Shown one piece after another: positions 7,101 to 14,200 of a stretch of DNA of 32,000 bases; the stretch's first letter is position 1, and each line of letters starts with the position of its first letter. This stretch comes from Candidatus Poseidoniaceae archaeon (lineage in GTDB: Archaea; Thermoplasmatota; Poseidoniia; Poseidoniales; Poseidoniaceae). Made by a program: the position numbers and the translations under genes. The DNA is taken from assembly GCA_943789275.1 (NCBI GenBank), contig CALSTM010000003.1, positions 600,001-632,000 of the forward strand, read 5' to 3'. The notes beneath the pieces are model-generated. The model made no database searches. It worked only from the letters and a program-made list of their open reading frames with translations, and was not told where the DNA came from.

Positions 7101-9144
7101 CGGCGGTCTTACCGAAGACTTGGACGATGACGGTGACGGCTTCACTGATGCCGAGGAAAGCGAATGCGTTTCAGACGCATTGGATGCAGATTCAGCGCCA
7201 ACCGACCTCGATGGCGATTCCATCTGCGACGCATTGGATGATGACGTCGACGGCGATGGCTTGTTGAATGATGTTGAAACAAACACCTCAACCTACGTGG
7301 ATGAGAACGATACTGGAACCGACTCAATGAACGCTGACACCGACGGTGACGGCGTTTGCGATGGACCTCAAGTGCCAGCTAACGGCGGCTGCACCGCAGG
7401 ACCAGATGTGTTCCCACTCGACCCTGCAGGCTCCGTTGACAGCGATGGTGACGGCATGCCGGACACTTTGAACGGTGAATCCACCAGTTCACCACCTCTG
7501 GTCGAAGACCTCGATGACGACAACGACGCTTGGTCTGACGAGATGGAAGCAGCATGTGGAACGGACAGCGTCGATTCGAACAGTGTTCCTAGCGATGAAG
7601 ACGCCGACGAAATCTGTGACAGCCTTGACACGAACCTGGACCTGCCGTTCAACCTCACATACCCAACCGATACATTGACTGTAACATTAGGTGAAGAGAT
7701 TTCAATCCTGCTTCCAAACCTCACCGGTTTGGGTGAAGTGTCTTCTTGGGAGATTGAAGGTGAATTGCCCGAGGGATTGACCTTTGGCTGGAGTCCAGCA
7801 AGGGATGCTGCTCTTGACGGAAGTATACGTGGTACACCAACTGCAGTAATGTCTGCGACCGTCTTTACCATCTGGGCGAACAACTCTGCATACAGTCAAT
7901 CGTTTGAACTTACGATTACTGTTCTCGAAGACCTCGTTCTTCCAAATGATGATGGTGATGCTGGTGTTGATGAGGATGATGAGGACACCCCGCTGCTCCT
8001 CACTTGGGGTTACATCTGTTGCCCGTTGCTTCTTCTGCTTCTGCTGTCCGTCTTTATGTTGTTCTTCATCGGTGAAAAACAAGTCGTTATCGATGCTGAA
8101 CCTTCAAACACTTTTGTAAAACCAGTTAGCAAAAGAGGCACAGGTACTCAAGAAGATCCTTTCGTATTGAAATCAATTGGAGGTCTCAAACCCGGTGGAA
8201 AAGCGAACAGCCATGAACGAATTACATTCGTCGGCTTGACAGTAGAGAGTATTGAAATAATCGATTTGGAGCAAAAGAACAATGGAAATAAATTTTCCAT
8301 GTTCATGCTCAAGCCAGCCTCCAGTGAAACGGGTGTTCGAATGCTTGGTATCGACGAGAATGTAGACACCACCATTGGCATGAGATTCGATGACAGTAAA
8401 GAAGAATCTTCCGTTAAGGGCGATGAATATTCAGCGTTGTTGAAAATTGGCAAATCCAGTGTTTACTTTTCTTGGACGGTGACGGTTAAACCGAGCAAGG
8501 TCAACAAAGTGAAGCCTAGAGAACCAATAGTGACGATTAAATCGACACAATCCATGTCCAAATCGGGTTCAATGAGTTCTTCTGAACCAAAGTCGTCCGT
8601 GGAGGAGAAGGCTGCAAAGGATGCTGAAGCTAAGGCTGCAAAGGATGCCAAAGCGCAAGCAGATGCGGATACTAAGGCGGCAAAGGAAGCCAAAGCGCAA
8701 GCAGATGCGGATGCTAAGGCGGCAAAGGAAGCCAAAGCGCAAGCAGATGCGGATGCTAAGGCGGCGAAGGAACTCAAAGCACAAGCGGATTCAGAAGCCA
8801 AAGCAGTTAAAGAAGCCAGAGCCAAAGTCGACGAAGATGCTGCAGCTGTTGCCAAAAAGGCAGAAGAATTGGAACGTATCGCAAAGCGGGCTAAAAGTAT
8901 TGATTTCGCTACGCTCGGTGTGGCTAACATCGGTGAAAAAGATGACCTGCAAGCCATCAAGGGCGTTGGTCCGTTCATCGGAGAAAAGTTGAATGCACTC
9001 GGCATCTTTACGTTTGAGCAAGTCGGAAACATGACGCCTGAAATTGAAGAACAGGTCAACAAAGCGATTGAATTTTTCCCTGGCCGCGTTAAGCGAGACC
9101 AGTGGGCGAAGCAAGCAAGGCAACTTCATCATGATAAAAAGTGA
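1..9144 (+). CDS. Giant C-terminally membrane-anchored cell-surface protein (RCC1 propeller / unnamed propeller / He_PIG Ig-like array / TSP3-like Ca-binding / TM / cytoplasmic tail); 5' end lies upstream of the window
   Basis: Frame 1 is open from nt 1. Nt 1-60 translate SNKQVAAGYQHTCAILDNGS, the middle of an RCC1 blade, so the GTG at 61 used by the ORF track is internal. Stop TGA is at 9142-9144. The domain grammar is uninterrupted and self-consistent over 9.1 kb. Confidence 0.93.
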   Translation, partial: SNKQVAAGYQHTCAILDNGSVMCWGENGHGQLGNGGTGDEHIPVWVDLGTDRTAVAITAGYRHTCAILDNGSVSCWGQGIFGQLGNGGTSQQTSPTLTSSLGTGRTAVAITAGYSHTCVILDNGSVSCWGIGNKGHLGNGGTSQQNSPTLTSSLGTGRTAVAISAGQYHSCAILDSGSVSCWGYGIEGQLGNGGTSQQNSPTLTSSLGTGRTAVAISAGGIHTCAILDNGSVSCWGEGSKGRLGNGGTSQQNSPTLTNSLGTGRTAVAISGGAKHTCAILDSGSVSCWGDGAIGILGDGGTSDQHSPTLTSSLGTGRTAVALENGHAHTCAILDDASMKCWGNDNNKQLGNGATGSTGDPPVLVSGSHTWDSTMISGSSSTVYLVQNALMSSLSPTLDAGFGAPTSCNQTGLPSGLLLSTTCVLSGTPTTLGSTTLTITPSNAEGNGSAAIFIVNVNASGGSITINTTSTEGGVGSAISDITMSYTHTASIPNWVSGVTNSTINPAPSIPAGGGSKLSIDSGLNGDIAAVYSVERTGATSANLSLLYKWNGAWTESTIDSSVDTEVPSVAIDRQGALHIGYVDKDNAKLKYATNASGSWVVETLGDAATHQFAQTAISVHPVTNAIHIMAVNGSTIPTAGLNHHTNETGTWLYSTISDPSEEEGFGVNFDIDSDGNLHVVFRREANSVTTPHYDHLIMASRINGVWQNQTIAINLINGAYGHHFDMAIDSQDQIHVTYQGNLNQGKWIWHGVLSSVNPSSSWVLTQLSTSGFYPALAVDSNDNVHLSYHGGAGCPRISGTKHTPLERGVRRIETSATAGNIHGGYFNEMTTDSNDDVFIFAYGQVVSTCKSCDIRITRIQGLGPSLATNPIFEVSPPLPDGLNMNWHNGTISGTPTETHANTTHTVTVTAFGATTTETFTLMVIEAADISYAGSPFTFTKNTEVVGETPTNAGGAVITWAIHPPASSLPNGLLFGPSNGTIYGTPTTVVSSAVTFTVWANNSADSNSTTISITVQDEAPDISYAGSPFTFTKNTEVVGETPTNAGGAVSTWAIHPPASSLPNGLLFGTSNGTIYGTPTTVVSSAVTFTVWANNSADDISTTISITVQDEDADISYAGSPFTFTKNSLVSGATPTNVGGAPDAWAIDPEISTTIPGLSFNTATGAITGTPTGVHSATMFTVWANNSAGDISTTISITVQDEDADISYAGSPFTFTKNSLVSGATPTNVGGAPDAWAIDPEISTTIPGLSFNTATGAITGTPTGVHSATMFTVWANNSAGDISTTISITVQDEDADISYAGSPFTFTKNSLVSGATPTNVGGAPDAWAIDPEISTTIPGLSFNTATGAITGTPTGVHSATMFTVWANNSAGDISTTISITVQDEDADISYAGSPFTFTKNSLVSGATPTNVGGAPDAWAIDPEISTTIPGLSFNTATGAITGTPTGVHSATMFTVWANNSAGDISTTISITVQDEDADISYAGSPFTFTKNSLVSGATPTNVGGAPDAWAIDPEISTTIPGLSFNTATGAITGTPTGVHSATMFTVWANNSAGDISTTISITVNDIAPVFTYSSLEVTLTNNSAVSLLPISTGGAVTSWEYVGTEPLGLNFEGGNGTIWGTPTVVQSKTQYLIWGNNSGGQLLVYMNITISDVPVSLSYTSDNYNLTRAVTMTTPISPVYTGIVDAWGIEPSPTLAGLSWDSSTGVISGTPNINMTRTEYTVWANNTGGNVSHKFNITINEPIVTLVYTPASETFVRGTTITNWLPTVTGGNVETWGIEPSITGTGLSFVNGVISGTPTINMTQADYIVWANTTGGETNFTISITINEPIVTLVYTPASETFVRGTTITNWLPTVTGGNVETWGIEPSITGTGLSFVNGVISGTPTINMTQADYIVWANTTGGETNFTITITINEPIVTLVYTPASETFVRGTTITNWLPTVTGGNVETWGIEPSITGTGLSFVNGVISGTPTINMTQADYIVWANTTGGETNFTITITINEPGVILEYNPENVIVTIGDPMTALTPIVSNGSVEIWSIYPELDNGLNFANGIISGTPTSIQSKQTYKIWANNTGGNTYHDVNITILDIVPEISYSLVSIDLTNDTTSSELPLSPSNLGGPVVSWSITPDLSLGLSFDPATGVISGTPTEVTALRVYTVTATNTGGTSTTEIEITVLDQVPMIAYVPSDEVLLLNESVLNMVPESTGGAITGWSITPEPSAGLFFDASTGVFSGTPTETMIRTLYEITATNDVGSMTVSVNITVEDLNYNLSLGPIYLLINEEMLSLEPTSTLSDAVYEVSPDLPDGLFLGESNGTIWGTPTVGMPLTNFTIYANSSLFNDVLEIQIGVLEDSDSDGMPNQLPLGYNPLGGLTEDLDDDGDGFTDAEESECVSDALDADSAPTDLDGDSICDALDDDVDGDGLLNDVETNTSTYVDENDTGTDSMNADTDGDGVCDGPQVPANGGCTAGPDVFPLDPAGSVDSDGDGMPDTLNGESTSSPPLVEDLDDDNDAWSDEMEAACGTDSVDSNSVPSDEDADEICDSLDTNLDLPFNLTYPTDTLTVTLGEEISILLPNLTGLGEVSSWEIEGELPEGLTFGWSPARDAALDGSIRGTPTAVMSATVFTIWANNSAYSQSFELTITVLEDLVLPNDDGDAGVDEDDEDTPLLLTWGYICCPLLLLLLLSVFMLFFIGEKQVVIDAEPSNTFVKPVSKRGTGTQEDPFVLKSIGGLKPGGKANSHERITFVGLTVESIEIIDLEQKNNGNKFSMFMLKPASSETGVRMLGIDENVDTTIGMRFDDSKEESSVKGDEYSALLKIGKSSVYFSWTVTVKPSKVNKVKPREPIVTIKSTQSMSKSGSMSSSEPKSSVEEKAAKDAEAKAAKDAKAQADADTKAAKEAKAQADADAKAAKEAKAQADADAKAAKELKAQADSEAKAVKEARAKVDEDAAAVAKKAEELERIAKRAKSIDFATLGVANIGEKDDLQAIKGVGPFIGEKLNALGIFTFEQVGNMTPEIEEQVNKAIEFFPGRVKRDQWAKQARQLHHDKK
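1380..2595 (+). other. Seven-blade beta-propeller-like region of an unnamed repeat family (propeller A1)
   Basis: Seven divergent 45-55 aa units share a core, e.g. PSVAIDRQGALHIGYVDKDNAKLKYATNASGSWVVETLG, FGVNFDIDSDGNLHVVF, HFDMAIDSQDQIHVTYQ, YPALAVDSNDNVHLSYH. The fold assignment is inferred from the 7-fold periodicity and strand-like pattern. I do not recognise the family. Confidence 0.55.
2773..3324 (+). repeat. 2 x 276-bp tandem He_PIG units (older relatives of the 273-bp array)
   Basis: EA(A/P)DISYAGSPFTFTKNTEVVGETPTNAGGAV(I/S)TWAIHPPASSLPNGLLFG(P/T)SNGTIYGTPTTVVSSAVTFTVWANNSAD... occurs twice in tandem. Confidence 0.9.
3325..4689 (+). repeat. 5 x 273-bp near-identical in-frame tandem repeat (one 91-aa He_PIG domain per unit)
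   Basis: Direct reading gives units at 3325, 3598, 3871, 4144 and 4417. Shadow ORFs in other frames recur every 273 bp (3318/3591/3864/4137/4410). The only internal differences I see are 3636 (G vs A) and 4299 (T vs C), both synonymous. Confidence 0.97.
5212..5994 (+). repeat. 3 x 261-bp near-identical in-frame tandem repeat (87-aa He_PIG unit)
   Basis: NEPIVTLVYTPASETFVRGTTITNWLPTVTGGNVETWGIEPSITGTGLSFVNGVISGTPTINMTQADYIVWANTTGGETNFTI(S/T)ITI occurs 3 times, with units starting at 5212, 5473 and 5734. Units 2 and 3 look identical by eye. Confidence 0.95.
7040..7640 (+). other. Thrombospondin type-3-like acidic Ca-binding repeats
   Basis: Repeated DxDxDGxxDxxD motifs, several with Cys: DSDSDGMPN, DLDDDGDGFTD, DLDGDSICDALDDDVDGDGLLND, DTDGDGVCD, DSDGDGMPD, DEDADEICD. 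Confidence 0.75.
7993..8072 (+). other. Single transmembrane helix (anchor)
   Basis: The hydrophobic stretch LLLTWGYICCPLLLLLLLSVFMLFFIG follows an acidic stretch (DDGDAGVDEDDEDTP) and precedes Lys-containing sequence. This suggests an N-out/C-in orientation. Confidence 0.8.
8073..8490 (+). other. Conserved post-TM (predicted cytoplasmic) module shared with gene 2
   Basis: KRGTGTQEDPFVLKS...SVYFSWTVTVKPSK is collinear with KSGAGTREDPFIIQT...SVYFQWTVKMKPKK at 28694-29170. Function unknown. Confidence 0.5.
8635..8802 (+). repeat. ~4 x 42-bp Lys/Ala-rich repeat (AAKEAKAQADADAK) inside a longer K/A/E/D-rich, probably helical segment (about 8608-8895)
   Basis: 8677-8718 and 8719-8760 are identical 42-mers, flanked by diverged copies at 8635 and 8761. 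Confidence 0.9.
8941..9125 (+). other. C-terminal helix-hairpin-helix / H3TH-like domain (COG3743-like)
   Basis: DDLQAIKGVGPFIGEKLNALGIFTFEQVGNMTPEIEEQVNKAIEFFPGRVKRDQWAKQARQL. From memory, the pattern DDL..I.G(I/V)GP....L...GI.TF.Q(I/V)......F.GR(I/V).RD.W..QA..L typifies the COG3743 module appended to assorted proteins such as alphaproteobacterial NuoE. Confidence 0.6.
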
Positions 9145-9150
9145 TTTGAG

Positions 9151-9159
9151 TTCTTTTTC
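9151..9159 (+). terminator. T-rich tract just after the gene 1 stop (possible oligo-T terminator)
   Basis: ttctttttc starts 7 nt after TGA 9142-9144. Oligo-T tracts act as archaeal terminators. This is weak evidence on its own. Confidence 0.25.
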
Positions 9160-9196
9160 AAGGGTTCCAATCGATTCATCCGTTGATGTAAGGCAT

Positions 9197-9217
9197 AACT
9201 CATTTAAGTGAGTTTTT
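9197..9217 (+). promoter_or_regulatory. TATA-like TTTAAG framed by a 6-bp inverted repeat (AACTCA-TTTAAG-TGAGTT) followed by a T-run. Candidate leaderless promoter or operator for gene 2, or alternatively a weak hairpin terminator for gene 1
   Basis: TTTAAG at 9203-9208 lies at -27..-22 from ATG 9230. The perfect inverted repeat is 9197-9202 / 9209-9214, and TTTTT is at 9213-9217. No Shine-Dalgarno-like GGAGG precedes the ATG. Confidence 0.3.
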
Positions 9218-9229
9218 CGACCTGCACTC

Positions 9230-9553
9230 ATGAGAGGGGACGCCGTAGGTATGCCTCTCTTTCAATCGGGCCACTCTGCTGTGTTGAACAGAAAGTCCAT
9301 CAAGTCAATTTGGCTTGCAGTTTTGATGGTTTCAATGTCGCTTTCTGTTGGCATCGTTGAATTGAACCGGACACCGTTGGTAGATGCCATTGGTGTAGCA
9401 AGTGTTGGAGCAGGCTGTGCGTTTATCACTCGGGCCAGCGGCGAGGCAATCTATGTCGATCCGGTCAACGGTTCGGATGCTTGGGACGGCACCTGGTCGT
9501 GTCCAAAAGCAACACTTTCCGATGCTCTGAACGACTCCATTTCAGAACGATGA
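9230..9553 (+). CDS. Gene 2 fragment 1: signal peptide plus start of the beta-helix lead-in
   Basis: ATG at 9230. The N-terminus has a basic region followed by a hydrophobic region (NRKSIKSIWLAVLMVSMSLSVGIV, h-region about 9308-9358). It ends ...AIYVDPVNGSDAWDGTWSCPKATLSDALNDSISER*, and the sense continues in frame 3 as NDEIVLYSGRYHENVTVDG. Confidence 0.8.
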   Translation: MRGDAVGMPLFQSGHSAVLNRKSIKSIWLAVLMVSMSLSVGIVELNRTPLVDAIGVASVGAGCAFITRASGEAIYVDPVNGSDAWDGTWSCPKATLSDALNDSISER

Positions 9554-11200
9554 AATCGTACTGTACAGCGGGCGGTATCACGAAAACGTCACTGTTGATG
9601 GCAAGGACAACCTTCTGATTCGTGCAGCCGATGGAGCCCGTGTTGTCTTTGACGGTACTCGAAGCATTACTGAAGATTTAGGTGGTGTTTGGGGTGCAGC
9701 CGACAGCGATGGAATCCAAGAAGTCACTTTGCCTGTTGATGGCTGGCAACTGTTCCTTGCCTACGAAGAACAAGTTCCTGCTCGATGGCCAAATGCCCAA
9801 TTCTCTGATGAAACGGTCTTCAATCGTTCGTACTGGGCTGAAGGCACATTGACCGGTTCAAACAATGCCTACACGCAAGGCTGGTTGACAGATGCTGGTC
9901 CTGAAACAGGTGTTCACACAGGCCTCAATGAAACAATTAACGCCACAGGCCTCGACCCTGAAGGGGCTATTGCGGTGATGAACCTCGGTTCGTTCCGCTC
10001 CAACAGCCGTGTCATCACCGATTGGAATTCGGCCAACGGGACGTTTGCATACGATGGCACTGGCGTAGGTTGGAAAACCAAGCATCACGCTTACTTCCTT
10101 GAGGGCAAGCGAGAACTCATCGATGTCGATGGTGAATGGTGGTTCAACAATGCAATCAACCGCCTGCATTACAAAACGCCAAGCGGGCAGAATGCAAACA
10201 ATTTGGATTTGCGTGTCAAGGTACAACCGTTTGCGATGAGCGTTGAAAACTCCGACGGCGTGACCATCCAAGGCCTCGATTTCTTTGGAACGACGGTCAA
10301 CTTCAACGAATGCGATGGATGCAGTTTCACCAATTCGACCCTCGAATATCCAAGCACCTCAAAGCGTGGATTGGGTATTGCCGGCGAATCAGAAGATGAC
10401 CGTTGGATGACACGTTTCTATCGTTCAACCAACTCGTTTGTCGACAACATTTCCATCACCAACACCGACGGTGGCGCTCTTGAATTCCAAGGGTCTGCGG
10501 GTCAGTCGCACAACAACACGGTGAACAATTCCTACTTCCACGCCATCGACTGGTCAGCTGCCGACCAGAAAGGACTGATGGTCACAATTTACGAGGGAGG
10601 CCGAGACATGTACTTCACCAACAACACCGTTCACTTGACCGGGGCTTCATCCGTACTCTCCATTGGTGATGCGCCCAAGGTGTTCTACAACGAAGTCTGG
10701 GATGTTGGGCATTTGCAAACTGATGGCGCTGTTGTTCAGATCATGCAAGGTGAGGCCCCAGGTGCTGAAGTTGCTCACAACTGGATTCATGACATCATCA
10801 AGTACGGTGCCCGGTTTGATGCACCCATTGGAGAAGCGGGAGAAGGCCGGAATGGAACCATGCATCACAATGTCATTTGGAATGTAACGGGCGGTTTGAT
10901 GGTTAAGGGGGACTATCACGACGTCCACAACAACACGGTGTTCAATTCCTCAGATGGCAAAAATGACATCATTGCCCTCACCGATGGCGAGATCAACAAC
11001 AAAAATTCGACGTTTCACCGCAATGCGGTGGATAAGATGGCCGACCATCGCTCAGGCTCATGGTCGCTTTATCCACTTCCCGCTGGGACGTATTGGAACA
11101 ACTGGAACGGCTACGTCAACACCACGGATACGGTTTGGAATCAACTGGTTGACCCTGCCAATTACGATTTCAGACCGAAGACCAACTCCCATCTTGACAA
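9440..11200 (+). other. Right-handed parallel beta-helix (pectin-lyase-fold-like) region
   Basis: PbH1-like turns recur: ISITNTDGGALEF, HNNTVNNSYFHAIDW, FTNNTVHLTG, AHNWIHDIIKYGARF, HHNVIWNVTGGLMVKG, VHNNTVFNSS. The lead-in is the typical ...DEIVLYSGRYHENVTVDGKDNLLIRA. Confidence 0.7.
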
Positions 11201-14200
11201 CATGAGTGCGGGTGCATACGATGCTGGTGTGAGCAATCCGTGGACGGCCGGTATTTCTTGGACATACACGACGCCCGATGCACCGGTCGAAGGGTGTATG
11301 CTCGATTATGCTGACAACTACGATGCAGACGCCACGCTATCAGACGGCTCGTGCTCCTTCGCATCGTATACGCCACCGGCCACGCTCGACCTCCGTCTCC
11401 ATCTTGACCCAACCAACAGCAGTTCCTACAGCGGCAGCGGCACCAACGTCGCTGACCTTTCTGGGTTCAACAACTACGGAACCGTCGCCGCCGCTGGACC
11501 GACATGGGACGGCGATTTCACACGCTTCTCCTACGATGGGGCGTGCACTGGCTCGACCCCGAACCTGGTTTGCGATGAGATCGAAGTTTCTGACTCAACG
11601 AGCTTGCGCCCGGGCGGAAACGACTGGTCGGTATCAGTTTGGTTCAACGCCTCAACGCACCAACACAGCGTGATACTCGGCGCCTTCGACGACGGAGGGG
11701 CAGCAGTGGATGTTGGATGGGCCATCCGAATGAGAGCATCAGGTGGCATCTATGCAAATGTGGGAACCACTTCCAACAATTCGGCCGCATGGACGTCAGA
11801 AGCATCCATCGATACGGACCGCTGGTATCACGTGGTCTTGGTTGCAGACCCGGGAAATACCCTCAGACTCTATGTTGATGGGCAAAACGTCGGAAGCGGT
11901 TCCTTGTCTGGAAGTGGAGCCCTGCGCAATGTAAGCAACAGCCTCTTCATCGCCTCCTACAACGGCGGTGAATATTCTCAGACCTTTGATGGACAAGTTG
12001 GTTCCGTCATGGCCTTTGCCGATGCACTCAACGCCACCACCATCAATCAAATCTACAATGCAAGCAAGGGTGTGTACAGCAACACGACCACCCTGTCCTT
12101 CCCTCAATCTTCACCGACCTTGCTCCTCGGTCAAACATACAGTTTCCCCATGACTGTCGCCAACGGTGAGATCACGACGTCCTATTCGCTCACGGGAACC
12201 TTGCCAAGCGGCATGAATTTCGAATCGAGCAACGGTACGATTTGGGGAACGCCAACGGCGGCTATGTCAACCACGAGCTACACCGTGACGGCCAACAACT
12301 CAGCCGGCACCTACTCGACCTCGTTCTCGTTGACATCGCAACATGCGGCACCGTACGATTTGGCCTACGCGCCAGAGAACATGACCCTTGAGAAGGGTAC
12401 GGCCATGACGACCAACACGCCGAGTGTGAGCGGGGGCGCCATCACATCTTGGGAAATCAACCCCTCCGTGCCAACTGGACTTTCCTTTAGCACCTCAACC
12501 GGTGCCATCAGTGGTACGCCTTACGTGTTGCAAACAACAGCAACCACGTACACGATATGGGCCAACAATTCAGGCGGAAATGCTTCAGCACAGGTCAACA
12601 TCACCATCAACGATGAAGTGCCGATTATTTCCTATTCGTATGATGACATTACCGGTACCAAGAGCGTGGCCATCAGCCCCCATTCTGGTCCAACTACGAG
12701 CGGTGGGACCATCACCTCATGGGAGATTTCACCATCACCAGGTTCTGCGTTCCACTTTAATTCCGCAAATGGCTACATCAGCGGAACTCCGGGGATTCTT
12801 CTGGCTAGAACCCAATACACCATTTGGGCCAACAATTCAGGTGGTTCGTCCGTTGCCTATGTCAACGTGACCATCAACGATGCAGCGCCGAACGCGTTGG
12901 GTTATTCTCCAGAAAATATGACACTCGAGAAGGATACAGCGATGACGCCGAACCTTCCTTCGGTCAGTGGTGGAACCATCACGTCATGGGAAATCAGTCC
13001 TTCTCTGCCGAGCGGTCTGACATGGGGGGCCTCGGATGGGAAAATCAGTGGAACACCCGCCGTTCTGCAAACGACGACGGTTACGTACACGATTTGGGCC
13101 AACAACTCAGGTGGTTCAGATTCCGCTCAAGTGAACATCACCATCAACGACCAACTCGCATCTGCAACCTATCCTTCAACCGTTGAAGTATCCAACGACC
13201 GAGCGATGACGACGGTCTCGCCGACCGTCACCGGTGGAGCGGTCATCTCGTGGGTCATCGTGCCTTCACTCTCCTCAGGCCTCAATTTCGGTAGTAGCAA
13301 CGGAAGCATCTGGGGCACGCCAACAGGATTGTTGGAGAACGCCACCTACACCGTCTATGCGAACAACAGCGGCGGTTCAACCAGCATTACCTTCACGCTC
13401 GGGCTCAACTGGACGCTGACGCCAAGTGCCGAGGGTGCCTTCATCACCCGCAACAGTTCCATTGCCAGCGACATCACGTGGGAATGGGATTACGATCCGC
13501 TTGAAGCTCAGAACCTTTCATTGGTGACTGGAGAATGGAACACCTGTGCCCTTGATAGCAATCAAAACGTGTTTTGTTGGGGACGAAACGGCAACGGTCA
13601 AATCGGCAACGGACAAACTGGAACGTCTGGTTGCGGTACATCAGGCCACAAGTGCAAGGACATTCCAACAGCAACGAACGATTTGGGCTCGGACGTGATC
13701 TCCCTTGCCTTTGGCCACCAGCATGCATGTGGCTTGCTTGACACTGGTGCCGTGAAGTGTTGGGGCCGAAACAATGCAGGGCAACTTGGAACCAGCGGTG
13801 GAGACAAGGATACGCCTCAAACCATCAATCTCGGGTCAGGGCGAACCGCTACGAGCATCTACGCCGGTGGCCACTACACCTGCGCCATCCTCGATGACGC
13901 CTCCGTCAAGTGCTGGGGGGAGAATGGGAACGGTCAACTCGGTATTGGTTCAAACTCGAACGCCAACACACCGACCACCATTAACACCCTCGGGTCAGGT
14001 CGCACGGCTATTTCTTTAGCAACCGCCATGAGTGCAGTCTGTGCCCTCCTCGATGACGGTTCAGTCAAGTGTTGGGGAGCCTCCGCAAATGGCCAGTTAG
14101 GCAATGGGGGTACCAGTTCAAATCTGAAGAGTCCACCTGCATCTGCAATTAACCTCGGAACCGGCCGTACTGCAAAAGCCATCACAGGTGGCGAATCCCA

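Noticed and set aside
7993-8072. The C-terminal hydrophobic segment as a sortase or archaeosortase (LPXTG / PGF-CTERM-type) sorting signal
   Set aside because: The helix is followed by about 355 residues in gene 1 and about 160 in gene 2, not a short basic tail. No LPXTG or PGF motif precedes it.
8463-9231. Antisense ORFs of 199 aa and 146 aa opposite the gene 1 tail
   Set aside because: The 199-aa ORF is the Ala/Ser/Leu-rich mirror of the Lys/Ala repeat. Both overlap a well-supported sense CDS and have no recognisable features.
9233-9241. An RGD tripeptide at residues 2-4 of gene 2 as an integrin-type adhesion motif
   Set aside because: It lies in the signal-peptide n-region, which would be cytoplasmic or cleaved, and is expected by chance.
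9230-9553. An independent 107-aa secreted protein
   Set aside because: It ends in the conserved lead-in of a beta-helix domain, and that lead-in continues without a gap in frame 3 from 9531. It is the N-terminus of gene 2.
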